In this document: positions 1 to 12,310 of the stretch, piece after piece
Position numbering within the stretch: position 1 is the stretch's first letter
Layout: each line of letters starts with the position of its first letter
Source of the DNA: Camelus dromedarius
Taxonomy: Eukaryota
Reading direction: 5' to 3'
Assembly (NCBI RefSeq): GCF_036321535.1
Contig: NC_087447.1
Location: forward strand, 32,676,001 to 32,740,000
DNA: 64,000 bases
Translations under genes and position numbers: made by a program
The notes under the pieces: generated by a model
Told to the model about the DNA's origin: nothing
The model's input: only the letters and a program-made list of their open reading frames with translations
Databases searched by the model: none

Positions 1-1007
1 ACGCAAAGGAGACATACAACCTGATTCAGGCTGGGAATGGAAAGGAGGGCTGTTTTGTGTATAAAGTACTCAGTGGAGACTGTGCTGCCTGCCATGGCAA
101 TACAAGACCATGAGAATGGGTTTCAGGGGAATTGAGGACACAGTTATTTTGCAGGCATGGAAGTTTGATGTGCTTTCTGTGTGAAACAGTGACTAGAAAG
201 CACTGGGCAGATGACTGGCTTCCATGACTGACGGTCAGATAAGCAAGGGCTGTGGACTCTTCTTCATCAGCCACACAACATTTAGAGTGGGGGAAACTCG
301 CCCCAAAGGAGGAGAAGATGCTCAGCCTGGTCTTGGACACAGGTTGTCCTCTCCAGAGGCTGCTACCTGACTCAACGCTGGATAAATAGGAGACGAGTGA
401 CTAGAATAGAAAGCAGTTTGAGTTGGGTTGTTTGAATAAAATAATAACAGGAAATATCTGAGTTTAAATACAAAGAGAGTTAAGTCTGTCATGCAGCAGA
501 AGATGAATGGGGAGAGGGGCTACTTCATAGAAATTATAAGGCACTCAGGTCTCTCCAAGTAAACATGTAATCTAAGCTAAAAACAGTATTCTATTTAGGG
601 AACTATAGCTTTAAATGTAACTTCCCTTTTTTTAACCATAAGCCCTTTGTATATTAAAAAAAATAATCGAGAGCAACAACTTCCCACTCCACAGTACGTA
701 GTCTCTTGAACACCCTAGGGTAGCACAGGGCTAAGAGGCCCCTTGGTAGGGCCAGAGAGATTGGGATGGCTAAAGCAGCCCCCGCCCCAATCCCAGACAG
801 TTACACATCTACCTGTGAACTACCAACGTTGCCCTACTGATCCGTTGTAGGAAAAAAAGGAAATACAAAATGAAATTAATAACCACTAGGGATCTCTAGT
901 TCAGAAAGAAGAGACATTATAACATGAATTGTAAGAAAACTTTTTAGTGGCCAGACTCGACTCAGTCAAATCCAGTTGCCCCCGCAGGCTAGTTCAGACG
1001 AGGTCTC

Positions 1008-1425
1008 TGTCTTGGTTACGTTTCCTAGACGAGTCTGAGATGGGCATTCTGTTGCAAATGATTCATGCAACCTGATGCTTTCAGGAGAGACCTTTAAGGA
1101 AGCCAAGGTGAATGAAGAAGATGAGGAAAATGTGGATTGAACTGAAATTTAGCTTCAGTTGGCCCCCATTAGAGAAACCTGGAGCATGAACAGTGCTGCA
1201 GAAGTAGGTCCCACACTGAGGTGAAGGGGTTGAGCTTTTTTACCCTCGTATCAATCACTCATTGATGAAGTGCCACTCCCATGGGACTGCCTAGCCTCTG
1301 GGCGATTTCCGTGTGAGGCAGTTCTATTGGCCTGGAGCACAGCGGTGAGCCGCTATCAGCTGGCGGCTGGGTGCCCTGAAGCAGGAAAGGAGACCTAGGT
1401 GGCCATCAGCAGTACCTACTGTTAC
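1008..1425 (-). mobile_element. Old ERVL-class solo LTR (LTR33/LTR16-like)
   Basis: tgtcttggttacgtttcctaga...ctgagatgggcattc...ctggagcatgaa...gtcccacactgagg...atcaatcactcattg resembles the recalled reverse consensus of LTR33-type LTRs. Confidence 0.6.
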
Positions 1426-2384
1426 AAATAAGTAACAGGTTTTCTCTGATTATGACTTTGAGTGCCTCAGAGTTCTGGTACTACTCTGCTTCCATCTTAT
1501 TGGCCTTTAGAAAGTGTAACCTTAGCGAGCATGAGATAGCATCAAATTTAAAAGTCTTGGTCACTTGGAGACTCCTTTACTTGGGTTGTTTAGTGAAGCT
1601 GTGAGAGCTGCCCACCATATTAGCAGCATCATTTGCAGAAAGCAAAAGGCAATGGGGGTCACACAGGAGAGTAAAATCCTTCCAGCTACATCGGGATGGA
1701 TGACTAGGATGTGCTGAGCTTCTGACAGAACTGCTTGAATCTTAAATGTTAGAGAAACTGGGATTTCAATGATGGTATAATTTACAGGGAAATTTTGAGC
1801 CAATCTGCCATCATGAACTAGAAAATCTGGGTTACTAGTGTTTAAAAAAATAGTGAAGGAAGCTTATCAAATTATTCTGCAAAGATTTCAAACATTTTAG
1901 AGATTTATTTATTACAAACTGATGTGCTAGATCATGCCTCTTTATACTCTAGTCACTAAAGCTGGACCCTTCACTAATCACCTTTTCAGTGGAATAGCTT
2001 ATATAACTTAAAGCAAAAAATTCCTTTAAAATCATTCTGATTTCTTTTGGTATCTTTGCTACTGAAGACAATTTTTAACTTAGTATTTAATGTATCCTAC
2101 CCTACGGTGCATAAAGAAATTCTTCGATTTTAATGCTACCACTGTGTTTACAGACAGCCAAACAGAGGAACTTATTACTGTAAGACACAAAGAAATATAT
2201 TACCCTTTTGTCTTGGTTCCCAGGAAGCTCAAAGGTAAATTTTTAGTAAAACTCAAGTCAGCCTATGTTTTTGAAACACCTAGAATCCTGATCTCATCAC
2301 TGCATAATTCTTTTTAATAATCCCAGTGAATATCTGCATTTTATTATTAATCACCTCAAATCTTCTGATGTAGACAGAATATAA

Positions 2385-2662
2385 AAATTGTATGTATACA
2401 TATATATTTCCTAAATACATATATATTTACATATAAGTTGTACAGTTTTTATATCTACATTATATAAATATGCTCATTTATATATATTTGTTTATATAAA
2501 ACTTTTATATTCATATATTATATATTTTATATTTATATTTGTTGATACAAAACATGTATTTGTATGTATAATTATATATAAAGTTATAAATATACTTATA
2601 TATGTGTTAAACTACACAAATATTTGTGTGTTTATATATACATTTTTATATATATATATGTA
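2385..2662. repeat. AT-rich/(TA)n low-complexity tract
   Basis: Degenerate tatatatt/tatatac repeats with very few G/C. Confidence 0.9.
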
Positions 2663-2909
2663 TTCTCTAAAATAGATCATTCAGATTAACAAAATTTGGC
2701 TTAAATATAAAAGAATGCTTAAATTCTCATCCTAAAACCATTTTTGCAGGAATTGGAAGTATTCATCAATTAAGTTTTCACTTAACACCTCAAAAATTTT
2801 AATATACTCATGTTTTTATTAATCAGTAAAGCAAAGGCAAATGATGCCGGATTTCGTACCAGGTGGACACATAAACTGATGGATAGGTGGATGGAACGAT
2901 TGACTGCCT

Positions 2910-3110
2910 GTTTTCTTCATTTAGTAATTAATTTACAAATGCTGAATATCCATTGCTAGACACAAGGTATTAAAAATGCATAGGCCTCTGCCTTGCCTTT
3001 GAACTCCTAATATAGTGGGAAAGGCAGACATAGAAAGAAATAAAATGCAATTAACTGTGTTAAATGCAAAATGGACAATGTGCAACGAGCGCACAGAGGA
3101 GGGAATATTT
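2910..3110 (-). mobile_element. L2 3' fragment
   Basis: ttcatttagtaattaatttacaaatgctg...ctagacacaagg...ctctgccttg...aaggcagacat, reverse of the L2 tail motif. Confidence 0.55.
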
Positions 3111-3649
3111 ATAGATACCAATTAATCCCCCATTAGCTCAAATAATAATAGTTATGAATTGATGCACTTCTACTATGAATCAGGGTAAATGCTTTACTTA
3201 AGTTAATCTCACATAATCTGTACAACAATTTTATGAAATGAGCTACTGAGAGAAAGTACATTTAACGAAAGTAATTTGCGTAAAGTCAACTGCTTGTATT
3301 TGCTGGCACCAGCCTTCACTATACAAACAACTTTGTCCCCCGCAATTACGGGAGTCTCCCTGAAAGAAGATCTTTGATCCAGGTTTTTAAATATAAATAG
3401 AAACTTCCCCAAATATGAAGTTGAATTCAAATGTAGATGATAAAAATATACTGTGCGCTTTGATCTTAAGTTTGTTTTGGTAATTCATAGTTTTCTAAGA
3501 AACAGCTAATGTATCACAGTCATAATTTTTTGCATTAAGTTGTACACATTATTCTTTGAGAGACTGAAAAAAAATGTTAACCACATATGAAATACATTCC
3601 TAATTTTGTTACCTTATACATTTACTCATTACATTTTGATTAATTTTGC

Positions 3650-5620
3650 CAATTCCATGAATATTTTTCCAAAGAACTAAATAACATTTGATTGTATCAT
3701 CTTCCACAGAATTTCTTTGTTTTCTGTTTTGTGAAATATTACTTTAGCATTTATTATTTCCTTCCTTCTTTGAATTGAATGTGCTGTTCTTTTTTAGTTT
3801 TACAGCAGCTTAGCAACTTTCTTGTTTTTTAAATGTAAATTTAGTGTAATATATTTTTCTTATAAATATGGTTTTGCTTCCCTCCCAAAGTTTTTGTATA
3901 TTATTCATTCATTATTTTATCTAATTTTAATAATTTATATTGTTTTGATAATTATGAATTACTTACAAGTGATGTGGCTTTTTCATTTTTATTTGCAAAC
4001 ATAATGACATTTTTCTGACCCTTTTTTAAAATTAATTTTACCTAAATAGCATTTTTGTCATGGCCACCTCATTAATATATTGATTTTTTTTGCTATTTCT
4101 TGAGGCTTCTTTTTAGACTCACCATTAGGCTCTAATGTGTGACAAATTTTACAAGTGTTCCATGTGTACTTGAACAATATTTGTATAGATGATAATGTCC
4201 ATGAAGGCAGGGATTTTTTTGTTTTTAATCGAAGTATAGTCAGTTACAATGTGTCAATTTCTGTTTGTTTTTTTTTTTAAGGGCAGAGATTTTTATTTGT
4301 TTTGTTCTCAGCAACAATAACAGTTCCTCACTTACAAAAGGCTCTTGAAATATACATAAGTCTAATAATAAGTTTTCTACCAGCTGTATATATAAATTCA
4401 GCATGTTATATTTAAATAATGTAAGGTTCATCAAAATTTTTTTCTCCTGTTCAGAAAATGTAAGTTCCCAAGGCTTTACTTACAATCTCCCATCTTTTAT
4501 TTTGCTGTTGCCTAGTATTTCGGCTCAATTTTGTTTTTCCTTATATTTTTACTTACATGTACATTTAATTTTTGCTCCTATATTGAAGCCCAAGGCCTCA
4601 ATTTTTATTTCATGCTTATTTGTTTCTCATCTCCAAATTATACACAAATGTATACCAGTGTATAACTGCAGGGTGAGGTTTATTTTGTTTTCAGTGTATA
4701 GTTAGTAGATTTATTTCATGAATATATATTAATAAATTAAGTTTATAAGGTGAATTTCATAGACTTTTATTTTTACCCATTTTAAACCACCTTTTATTAT
4801 TCTTCAGGTAATACATGTAGAGGTTTTAGAAAGTTAAGTAATACACAGAAGTTTATAACAAATATAGTCGTTCCCATCACTGTCCGACTCCTGCCTTTGG
4901 GAATGCTCCTCCCAACTATTTATTTGGACTTCTTCACTTACTACTTTTTAAATGGTGAACACACGCACTCATCTCTTGAATTATCAACTGCATTGATTGG
5001 CACAGTATTATAATATGAAAGATAAAAGTAGTTTTACTTTTCTTCTATCTTTTACTCCTCTTCCTCATCCATTCACTATAGCTGCAAAGTTAAGTGTCAG
5101 TTACATCAGTTTTCAGTGTGTTTATCATTATAACTAAATTTTTTTACTGATGAACCAATTTCCCTTTATGGAGCATCCTTTGATTTATTCCTGGAGTTAA
5201 TACTTTTTAATGTTCTTTTACCTCTTGTCAAATACCTTTACATTGTTCAATAACTCTGTAAAAAACTTTCAATCAACATTTTGTGGAATCAAATCTGTCA
5301 GATAAGATAGTCACTCAACCAGGAATAAACTCTTCAGCTACTCCATTTTCCTGTTAGAAAGATGATTTTTTCTACCCTCACATCTGAAGAATATTTTGAC
5401 TGGGTTTTTGGATTCCAGGCTGAAAAAAATTTTCTGTCCAAACTTTAAATATGTGGCTTTTTTTAAATGACAAATTTTTATTTGGGAGACAAAAAAATCT
5501 GATGTTAGTAGAACAACAGATATTTTATTTGTTTATTTGGGTTTTTTTAAACATGTGGCTTTATTGTCTTTAGATTTGCATTATTGCTACCAAGAATTCA
5601 AAGATAATACTTATTCCTTT
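3650..5620 (-). mobile_element. Highly diverged L1M/HAL1-like fragments
   Basis: T-rich strand with old-L1 reverse motifs such as aagtgttccatgtgtacttgaacaatatttgtat and ctcacatctgaagaatattttgactgggt...ggattccaggctg; fragmented. Confidence 0.5.
4219..4279 (-). mobile_element. Extremely 5'-truncated artiodactyl-type L1 3' tip inserted in an L2 tail
   Basis: ttttaatcgaagtatagtcagttacaatgtgtcaatttctg matches the L1 ends at 16.0 and 23.7 kb; flanked by aaggcagggattttt / agggcagagattttt. Confidence 0.75.
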
Positions 5621-6175
5621 GGTGTCATGTGAGTCTATAAAATAGTCTCCTGATGACACAAATCTGTATCCTCTTTTCTTCTCAGTCATCTCATGTGAGC
5701 TGGATCTTGAGATGGAGCTATAGAAAAGTTTGAGCTAGTTACGGAGAGAAATAAATTCTGGAAGATTCTGGAATTGACAAAGTGAAAATAAGGTCTGAAG
5801 TGACAAATACGTCTGAATCAACAGGTGTCGAAAAATATATTATCTTTATTACTAATTTCACTGAAATACAAGATTGTGGCTTAGATGTGTGTGCAGCAAC
5901 AGTTTGCTTCCTAACACTAGACCTAATAATTAAGCATATTTACTTGTCCACTCACAGGCAATGCTGGAAAACAGTGTACACAGACACAACTCTACTCTGT
6001 AACTTAGAACATGGAGGAGCAGATCAAAAGACAGGGTTCCTGGTGGCAACTAGCTCCCAAACAAAAAGGAAGAGGAAGGGGTGATGCCTTGCATACCTAG
6101 GTACTAATCCAAGGGATGAGTAAATAAGGAGGCAGAGAAAAGCCCAAATGTTACATCAACTGTTGTCCTTCCATA

Positions 6176-6335
6176 TGTGAATTAGTTTCCTTGGGATGCT
6201 GCAATAAATGATCACAAACTTCATGGCTTAAAACAACAGAATGCATTTCTCTCACAATTCCAGAGGCCAGGACTGTGAAATCAAGGTTTCAGCAGGGCTG
6301 CCTTCCCTGTGAAGGCTCTATTGGGAGAAAATTTC
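6176..6335 (-). mobile_element. MLT1 (ERVL-MaLR) LTR fragment
   Basis: attagtttcctt...gctgcaataaatgatcacaaacttcatggcttaaaacaacagaa...ccagaggccag...gaaatcaagg, characteristic MLT1 end. Confidence 0.85.
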
Positions 6336-7289
6336 ATTCCCTTTGAAAAAGGAATGAGAACTTCTTGTAGAGGGACCGATGTTTGTGAAGATGTTTTGAT
6401 AAACCTGCTTCCATGTAGAAGCTGAGCCCCTGGGGTCTGGATGTAGATCGGTTGGTACCTTCATTGAAAGAAGTCAGAAGGCTCTCTGTTTGAGACTGGT
6501 CGGAGGGATTTCTCTTGTCCCTAAGAGAGAAAAACAAGGAAGAAGGGAGAGTTTGAATCTGCATGAAGAAATGATGAGAAGGAAAAAAATGTCATAGAAG
6601 TGATGATAGAGTGAGTTGCTGAAAAAAGACTTCGAGGGAGAAATGACCGAGAAGGTTTTGAAGTGGTTTCCTGCGGGGTACCTGCTTTGAAACTCCTACC
6701 CTGTATCCCTAAAGGACTCTTAGTAAAGTCTACACTGATACAAATGTTTTAGAGGATAGAGAAGTTGTTCTGCAAAATAGAAGAAGGTGGGTAGCTATGG
6801 TTTCAGAGTGGCACCGAGCAAAATCAGACTATTCACTCAGAAAAAGGAGCCAGAGAGCAGCAAAATGTCGGTACTGGGGCACCAGTAGCAGCAAGGCAGA
6901 ATGTAAATCACGGATGTATCCTTGTAAAAGGTCAAACTAGACATTTTATTTAAGTATTTAAGTCATCTGTCTGTCAATAAAACTTACACTTAACAAAAGC
7001 AACATGAAGGTTGCCTATCACAATTTGGGGCAGAATGAAAAGAATTTGTTATAGACCTTCTTCTTCTTAAAATTTAGTACAGGGATAAAGTAACAGTTGT
7101 TTAAGCCATGCTAGAGTCCAGAGCTTAGGGTTCTAGTAAGATTCTTACCAGTAACCTCAACTCTCTTATATCTGTGCAATTCCCACCCCAGCCCCATGAA
7201 CCTAACCATCCACTTTGTGTGTGTTGGAACTAAAATAGCTAAGTGATGCTGGAGAATGCTACTTCCCGTTACACCTTGTTACCACTACA

Positions 7290-8190
7290 TTTTTATGAGC
7301 GACAGCAGCAAATACACCTTCCATACTCTCAGGTAATGCCACTACATTTTGCTGGTCAGCCTAGATTTTTCTTACTGCAGCGACTTTTTCACATTCTCGC
7401 TTCTCAAGTCTCCAGCCTTTGCAACTTGTCACTCATCCTCAGCAGATGTCCTTACCTACTCCACGAGGAAAATCAGTCATCAGATAAGACCTCCTTCCAT
7501 TTCTTGCTATTACAACCTTTAATTTAACTAGCTCCAAACCCATCATTTCCTTAGTTTTTCATATTAAAATAGGTCTATCTTCTTCCTCCTCCTTTCCACT
7601 CTTCTTAGGAGGCTGTCTTCTCTCCGATTTTCTGGATTTTTGCAGTATTAATTTTCCCCTAATTTTAGCTTATCCCTCTTAATGTGTTTCTTCCTGTTGA
7701 TATTTTTAAATCCTCAAGTCAATTCTATCAAAACTAAACTAAATCAAACTTGCCTAACTTCATTTTTTTTCTCCCATTTTACCTCTCTGCCTCTTAAGAG
7801 ACAAATATCTGAAAAGTTATCTATGCTTGGTAATGCCAAACTTCTCACCCACATCATACATCTCAACCCACTTAAAATGGTACCTACTTCTACTACCAAC
7901 CCCCAGGTAGGCTGTCTCCTAACCTTCTGAAGAGCTGGAATTCATCAGATTCCTCTCCACCTGTGCCCCCATTGCACCATATAACATCTCTTCACTGTTT
8001 GTATCCCAGGTTCACATTATACATGTATTTGTTTGATTTTTCTGTTAAGAATTGTCTCCCCACCCTAAACCCAAGCTTCATGGGGATTAGAATTATGATC
8101 GTATTTGCTCAACATTGTGTCATCAATGCCTAGGACGGTGCCTAACATATAGAAAGGTCTTAAAAATTGCTCTTGTTGAGAAAGTATGAC
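7290..8190 (+). mobile_element. L2 fragments
   Basis: Pyrimidine-rich L2 body ending in aagcttcatgggg...tgcctaggacggtgcctaacatatag...ttgttgag. Confidence 0.65.
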
Positions 8191-9114
8191 TAGCTTAGGA
8201 TGAACATGCACTCTTTTTCATGCTATAGTTAAGAGCCATGATATAGTTTATTCCTTGTCCATCAACAATGTTGTTTGAGTGTCCAGTGTGAACTGAAAAG
8301 AATTGACCTACATGTATACAAACGTAGGTTTTGAGGGGAGGATCACAACCTTACCTTCATGCTTTTTAAATATTTCAATGATATTGAAATCTTGCTTTTA
8401 TTCAGAACAAATCACTTATTTATTTATCTTTCATTCATTCCTTTGTTTGAATAGTATTTATTTAGCACTTAATAACTGCAAAAGACTTTGCCAACCACTG
8501 AAATAATTTTACCTATGTTTTCCAGATAGAGTATCTCTGATTTTTTGCTTTTACAAGGAGATTCCAGCAGCACCCTTACTACAGTTTTCATAGTGCCTAT
8601 CTTAAAACAGTACATTAAGCGTTCACTCCTGCTTGACGCACAGCGGCCCAGATAAACGTTGGGAATGGCAATCATGTAATTATCTTTGATTAGTGACTGC
8701 GCTTACCAACCCCCTTTCCTTTATTTTACACAACAGCGACAAAAAGAGAGGAAGTAGATGCTGATTATAAAGCACTAATGTGGAGCATCCATGCATTGCT
8801 ATAATTCCACTCATGAATATGCATAGGTTTTGCATCAGTTGTTATTCTCAACAGCATAGAAGGTACCTCAACCAATGCTACACTCATTTAGGATTAGAAA
8901 ACAGACGGGGATATTGGAAAGCAATTCTGGGGAAATTATTGGGCAGAAGCCAAGCACTCTTGCTTGTGTTCCACGTGGAAGTGGTCCCTAGGCCTTTCAT
9001 TAAATAAAATGCAGCTGCTAGTGTAAGAGCCCAAACAGAGGAGCTATAGCAATCTTGATAGCAGCTCAGAGTGGTGCTGATGTTGGGGATATGAAGCCAC
9101 AATATCAGAAGCAA

Positions 9115-9290
9115 CACAGCACAGGGGAAAGGCTCCAGCTTCAGGCAGCCCTGGATGCAAATTCTGCTCCTGCTTCTTTCTAGCTAGGTTATCTTAGGTA
9201 GTTAATTATCCTCTTGGAGCTGTAATATCCCCAGTTGCAAAACCGTAATAATAATAATGTCACCTTTCAGGATGTTTTTCTAAATTGAAA
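9115..9290 (+). mobile_element. MIR SINE
   Basis: cctggatgcaaattctgctcctgc...ctagctaggttatcttagg...ctcttggagc...tgcaaaacc MIR core. Confidence 0.65.
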
Positions 9291-9296
9291 AACATA

Positions 9297-9302
9297 TGTG
9301 TG

Positions 9303-9344
<42 letters not shown>

Positions 9345-9365
9345 CACATATATATACACACATAC
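9297..9365. repeat. (TA)n(CA)n microsatellite
   Basis: Directly visible. Confidence 0.95.
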
Positions 9366-9649
9366 TTTTAAGATTCTAGTACATAGACATTCAAATAATC
9401 TTTATGGAATAAAATCTAAATCAAACATATTGATGGTATTTCCTTTCAGTCCATCTTATGAATTACCAAAAATATATATTACTTAAAATTTTTACTTGGT
9501 TGAAACTATTTTGTTCTTTCTCAGTCAACTGGCAAATCTTTTACTTATTGTCTGAATGTTACAATCATTTTCGGTCCCTGCCCCTTCCATAGGAACCAAA
9601 ATGTTCTCTCATTTGCTGTGTCCTACATGCAGTAGATTTCTTCACGTAC

Positions 9650-10290
9650 ATGTTGAGCTCACATCTCCCTTCCTGAGAATGTTTCTACCATGCAGTTAGC
9701 TAGCTGAAATGCGAGCTCATCCTTTGTTCCACTTACTCTGTCCCCATGCCTACAACAGCTGATTGGACCAGTAGAAAATACTTGACACAAAATTGCATAT
9801 AGAATATAGGACACTTGGTTAAATTTGAATTTCAGATAAACAATGTATAATTTTTTAGTATAAGTATGTCCCAAATGTTACCTGGCACACTTTTATTTGT
9901 TCAATCTGGCAAGCCTAACCTAACACAAAATGGGCCGTATTTTCTCCCTTAGGGATTTAGATCAAGATGTAAAAGTCTAGTTAGTCCACAATGCCTGTTG
10001 GGGCTGGTAGATCCCACAGATCCACTTTGACACAATTAGAAATAAAGAAAGCCGATAAACAGATATTAAAGGAAGAATGGCATAGGTTTCGGCAGTGCAG
10101 GGACCTCAGGGGGATGGAAAGAGTTACCCCAGCTTGTAACTTTCTATTTCCATGATTCACTTCATTCTGAATCCAGACTGTGTGCTTTCTAATACTGCAT
10201 TCCATGAAATGCCCCTGTCTCCAATAAATTTCCATTTTTGCTTAAGCAATTTTGAATGAAGTTTTATCTCTGGCAAGCAATATTCCTGCT
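9650..10290 (+). mobile_element. Old MLT1 (J/K/L-like) LTR interrupted by MER53
   Basis: tgattggacca...acctaacacaaaatgggcc...; ends caataaatttccatttttgcttaagc...gttttatctctggcaa. Confidence 0.6.
9780..9917. mobile_element. MER53 hAT MITE with one arm internally deleted
   Basis: gttaaatttgaatttcagataaacaa..taattttttagtataagtatgtccca and terminal atctggcaagccta match the recalled MER53 consensus. Confidence 0.85.
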
Positions 10291-11089
10291 GTGAAAAAAA
10301 TCAGTTTTCATTCACCAGCTACACCCTAACCCACCACTTCCAGTGTGGTTCAGAAGATCCAAATCAGAAACTGTTTATGAGTTGGAATGACAGATTGCCA
10401 ACCTGCAAGCTGTTACATTTGCCTGTGTATAGCAAACAGACTGTGAAAATTGATTGCTGAGAATTAGTAAAATTTATGTATTCAAAAATAAGAATGTTTT
10501 GAAATATTTTAGAGCTTGAGAGAAAAGAAAAAAAAAGATACTATTTGGGGAGAAGCTGAAATCTGGTTTTCTTTTGACAAGCGTTTTAACAACAGGACGT
10601 AATTTCTTCTGAGTTCTGTCATCTGATAAATGTATTTAAATATTAGTGAAAATCTCAGCAGATTTCAGCCAAACTAGCCTTTAGTTCCTTTAGCCGTTTA
10701 GTTTAGTTCAATTCCTAGCTCCTTCCCACGTCAGATCTTTGTAATTGCTCTTCTGCCTTCTGTTGAGTCTTTCCAGAGAATGATGGTCTCATCTGAAAAC
10801 TCTTATGCTTAATAGTTTAAGAAGCAGTTAATGCCTCTGGCCTTCTGTTTCTTTTCCCTCCTTACATTGTGTTTCACTTTGCTCTGGTTGTTTCCCTAAA
10901 CCAAGAAATTGAGATTACTATCGGCTATATCAATATCAAAAAGTATTTAAAGGATAGGAAATTCTAAAAATATTTAATGTAGTTTTATTTTGACTGCAAA
11001 TAAAACCACTGGTTAAGTGCAGATAGGTGGAATGGTAGTAAAGGGTGATATAGAAAAACAAATTGGAGTAGCAATGATATTATCTTATA

Positions 11090-12310
11090 TTTTATTCATT
11101 TATTTACTTTACATACATCTTTGATTATTCATTATTTGCCAGGCATCTACTTTTTAATTAAAAATTAGAAAGTTACATGTAAGAAATTATATTGGTGTTG
11201 AAATAACCGACAATCCACAAGTAAGCATGTGATTGAGAGTTGGCTAAGAAAGGAATGATGGAAAATTGAATGCTTTAGTGGCCGATACCAATGAAGAGAG
11301 GAAAGCAGGTAAAGGAGGGAAAGAAAAGCATCCTTCAAGCAGAGACAGTAAGTAGCACATTCAGACTCTTAGAGGCATGAGAGAACACAGAAGAGTCTGG
11401 AAACTGGAAATAGGCTGATACATTTAAACCAAAATACTCACCCCTTTATTCATTCAACAGCCTATCTTGGGCTGGAGTGGTAAACAGGTGGCCAGATCAA
11501 AAACGGCTTAGCAACCCTGATGTAAAGTTTGGAATCTGTCCTTATTAAGGGAAAATTTTAAGCAGGAGAGAGGCATAGACAGATTTGCATTCTAACAGCA
11601 TCACTCAGGTAGAGATTTGGAGCGTTTTCAAGGAGCAAGAGGATTGTTGCAGGAATCTGATTATTTCCAGGATAACAGGCAAACCTGATGTCAGCCTAAC
11701 CTAAAACAATAATGAGAGTGAGCAGTCCTGTGTGTGCTGCAGGGTAGATTTTGAGTATTAAGGGAGTAGAAGAGACAGCTCTTAGTGACTTATTATGAGA
11801 GAGAAAGAGAGAGGGTGCAGTCTGCCAAGACTTCCAGAGTTCCAACCTGGATGACTGTGTATACGTCAGGGCTTTGCTCTCAGTCTCTGTCTCTCTCTCT
11901 TTCTGATTCTGTGTCTCTGTCTGTCTTTCTGTCTGTCTGTCTGTCTCTCTATCGGTCTCTCTCTCATGCACACACACAGACACACACATACACACACCAG
12001 AAAAATAAACTGGCTTGAGCAGAGGCAAAGAAAGTTGGGGAAAAAATGATAAATTCATTGTCAGATGTGCTAATTGCAGGTACTTTGGAATATCCATGTA
12101 GAAATGTCCCCCAAACGTATTTGAACATAAGTGGCTGGGGCCAAGGACAAAGGACTCAAGGTAGAGATAGAGGCTGGTCATCACTGGCTCATTCTGTCTG
12201 CCCACCACAGATCGTTTTAATGAGAAAACAATATATAAACTTGAGTTATGGCAGCAATGTTCTGAGAATTTAGAAAAGAGATAATAACTTTGGAGCATAA
12301 GTACATTTCA
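11090..12310 (-). mobile_element. L2 fragments with internal microsatellite
   Basis: ttcatttatttac...tttgccaggca tail; ttttaagcaggagagaggcatagacagatttgcattctaacagcatcactc and other reverse L2 motifs. Confidence 0.7.
11875..11997. repeat. Compound (CT)n/(CTGT)n/(CA)n microsatellite
   Basis: Directly visible. Confidence 0.95.

Noticed and set aside
11696..12298. Longest ORF (200 aa)
   Set aside because: Lies in L2 and runs through a stop-free microsatellite that yields the VCMCV/ERETDR runs.
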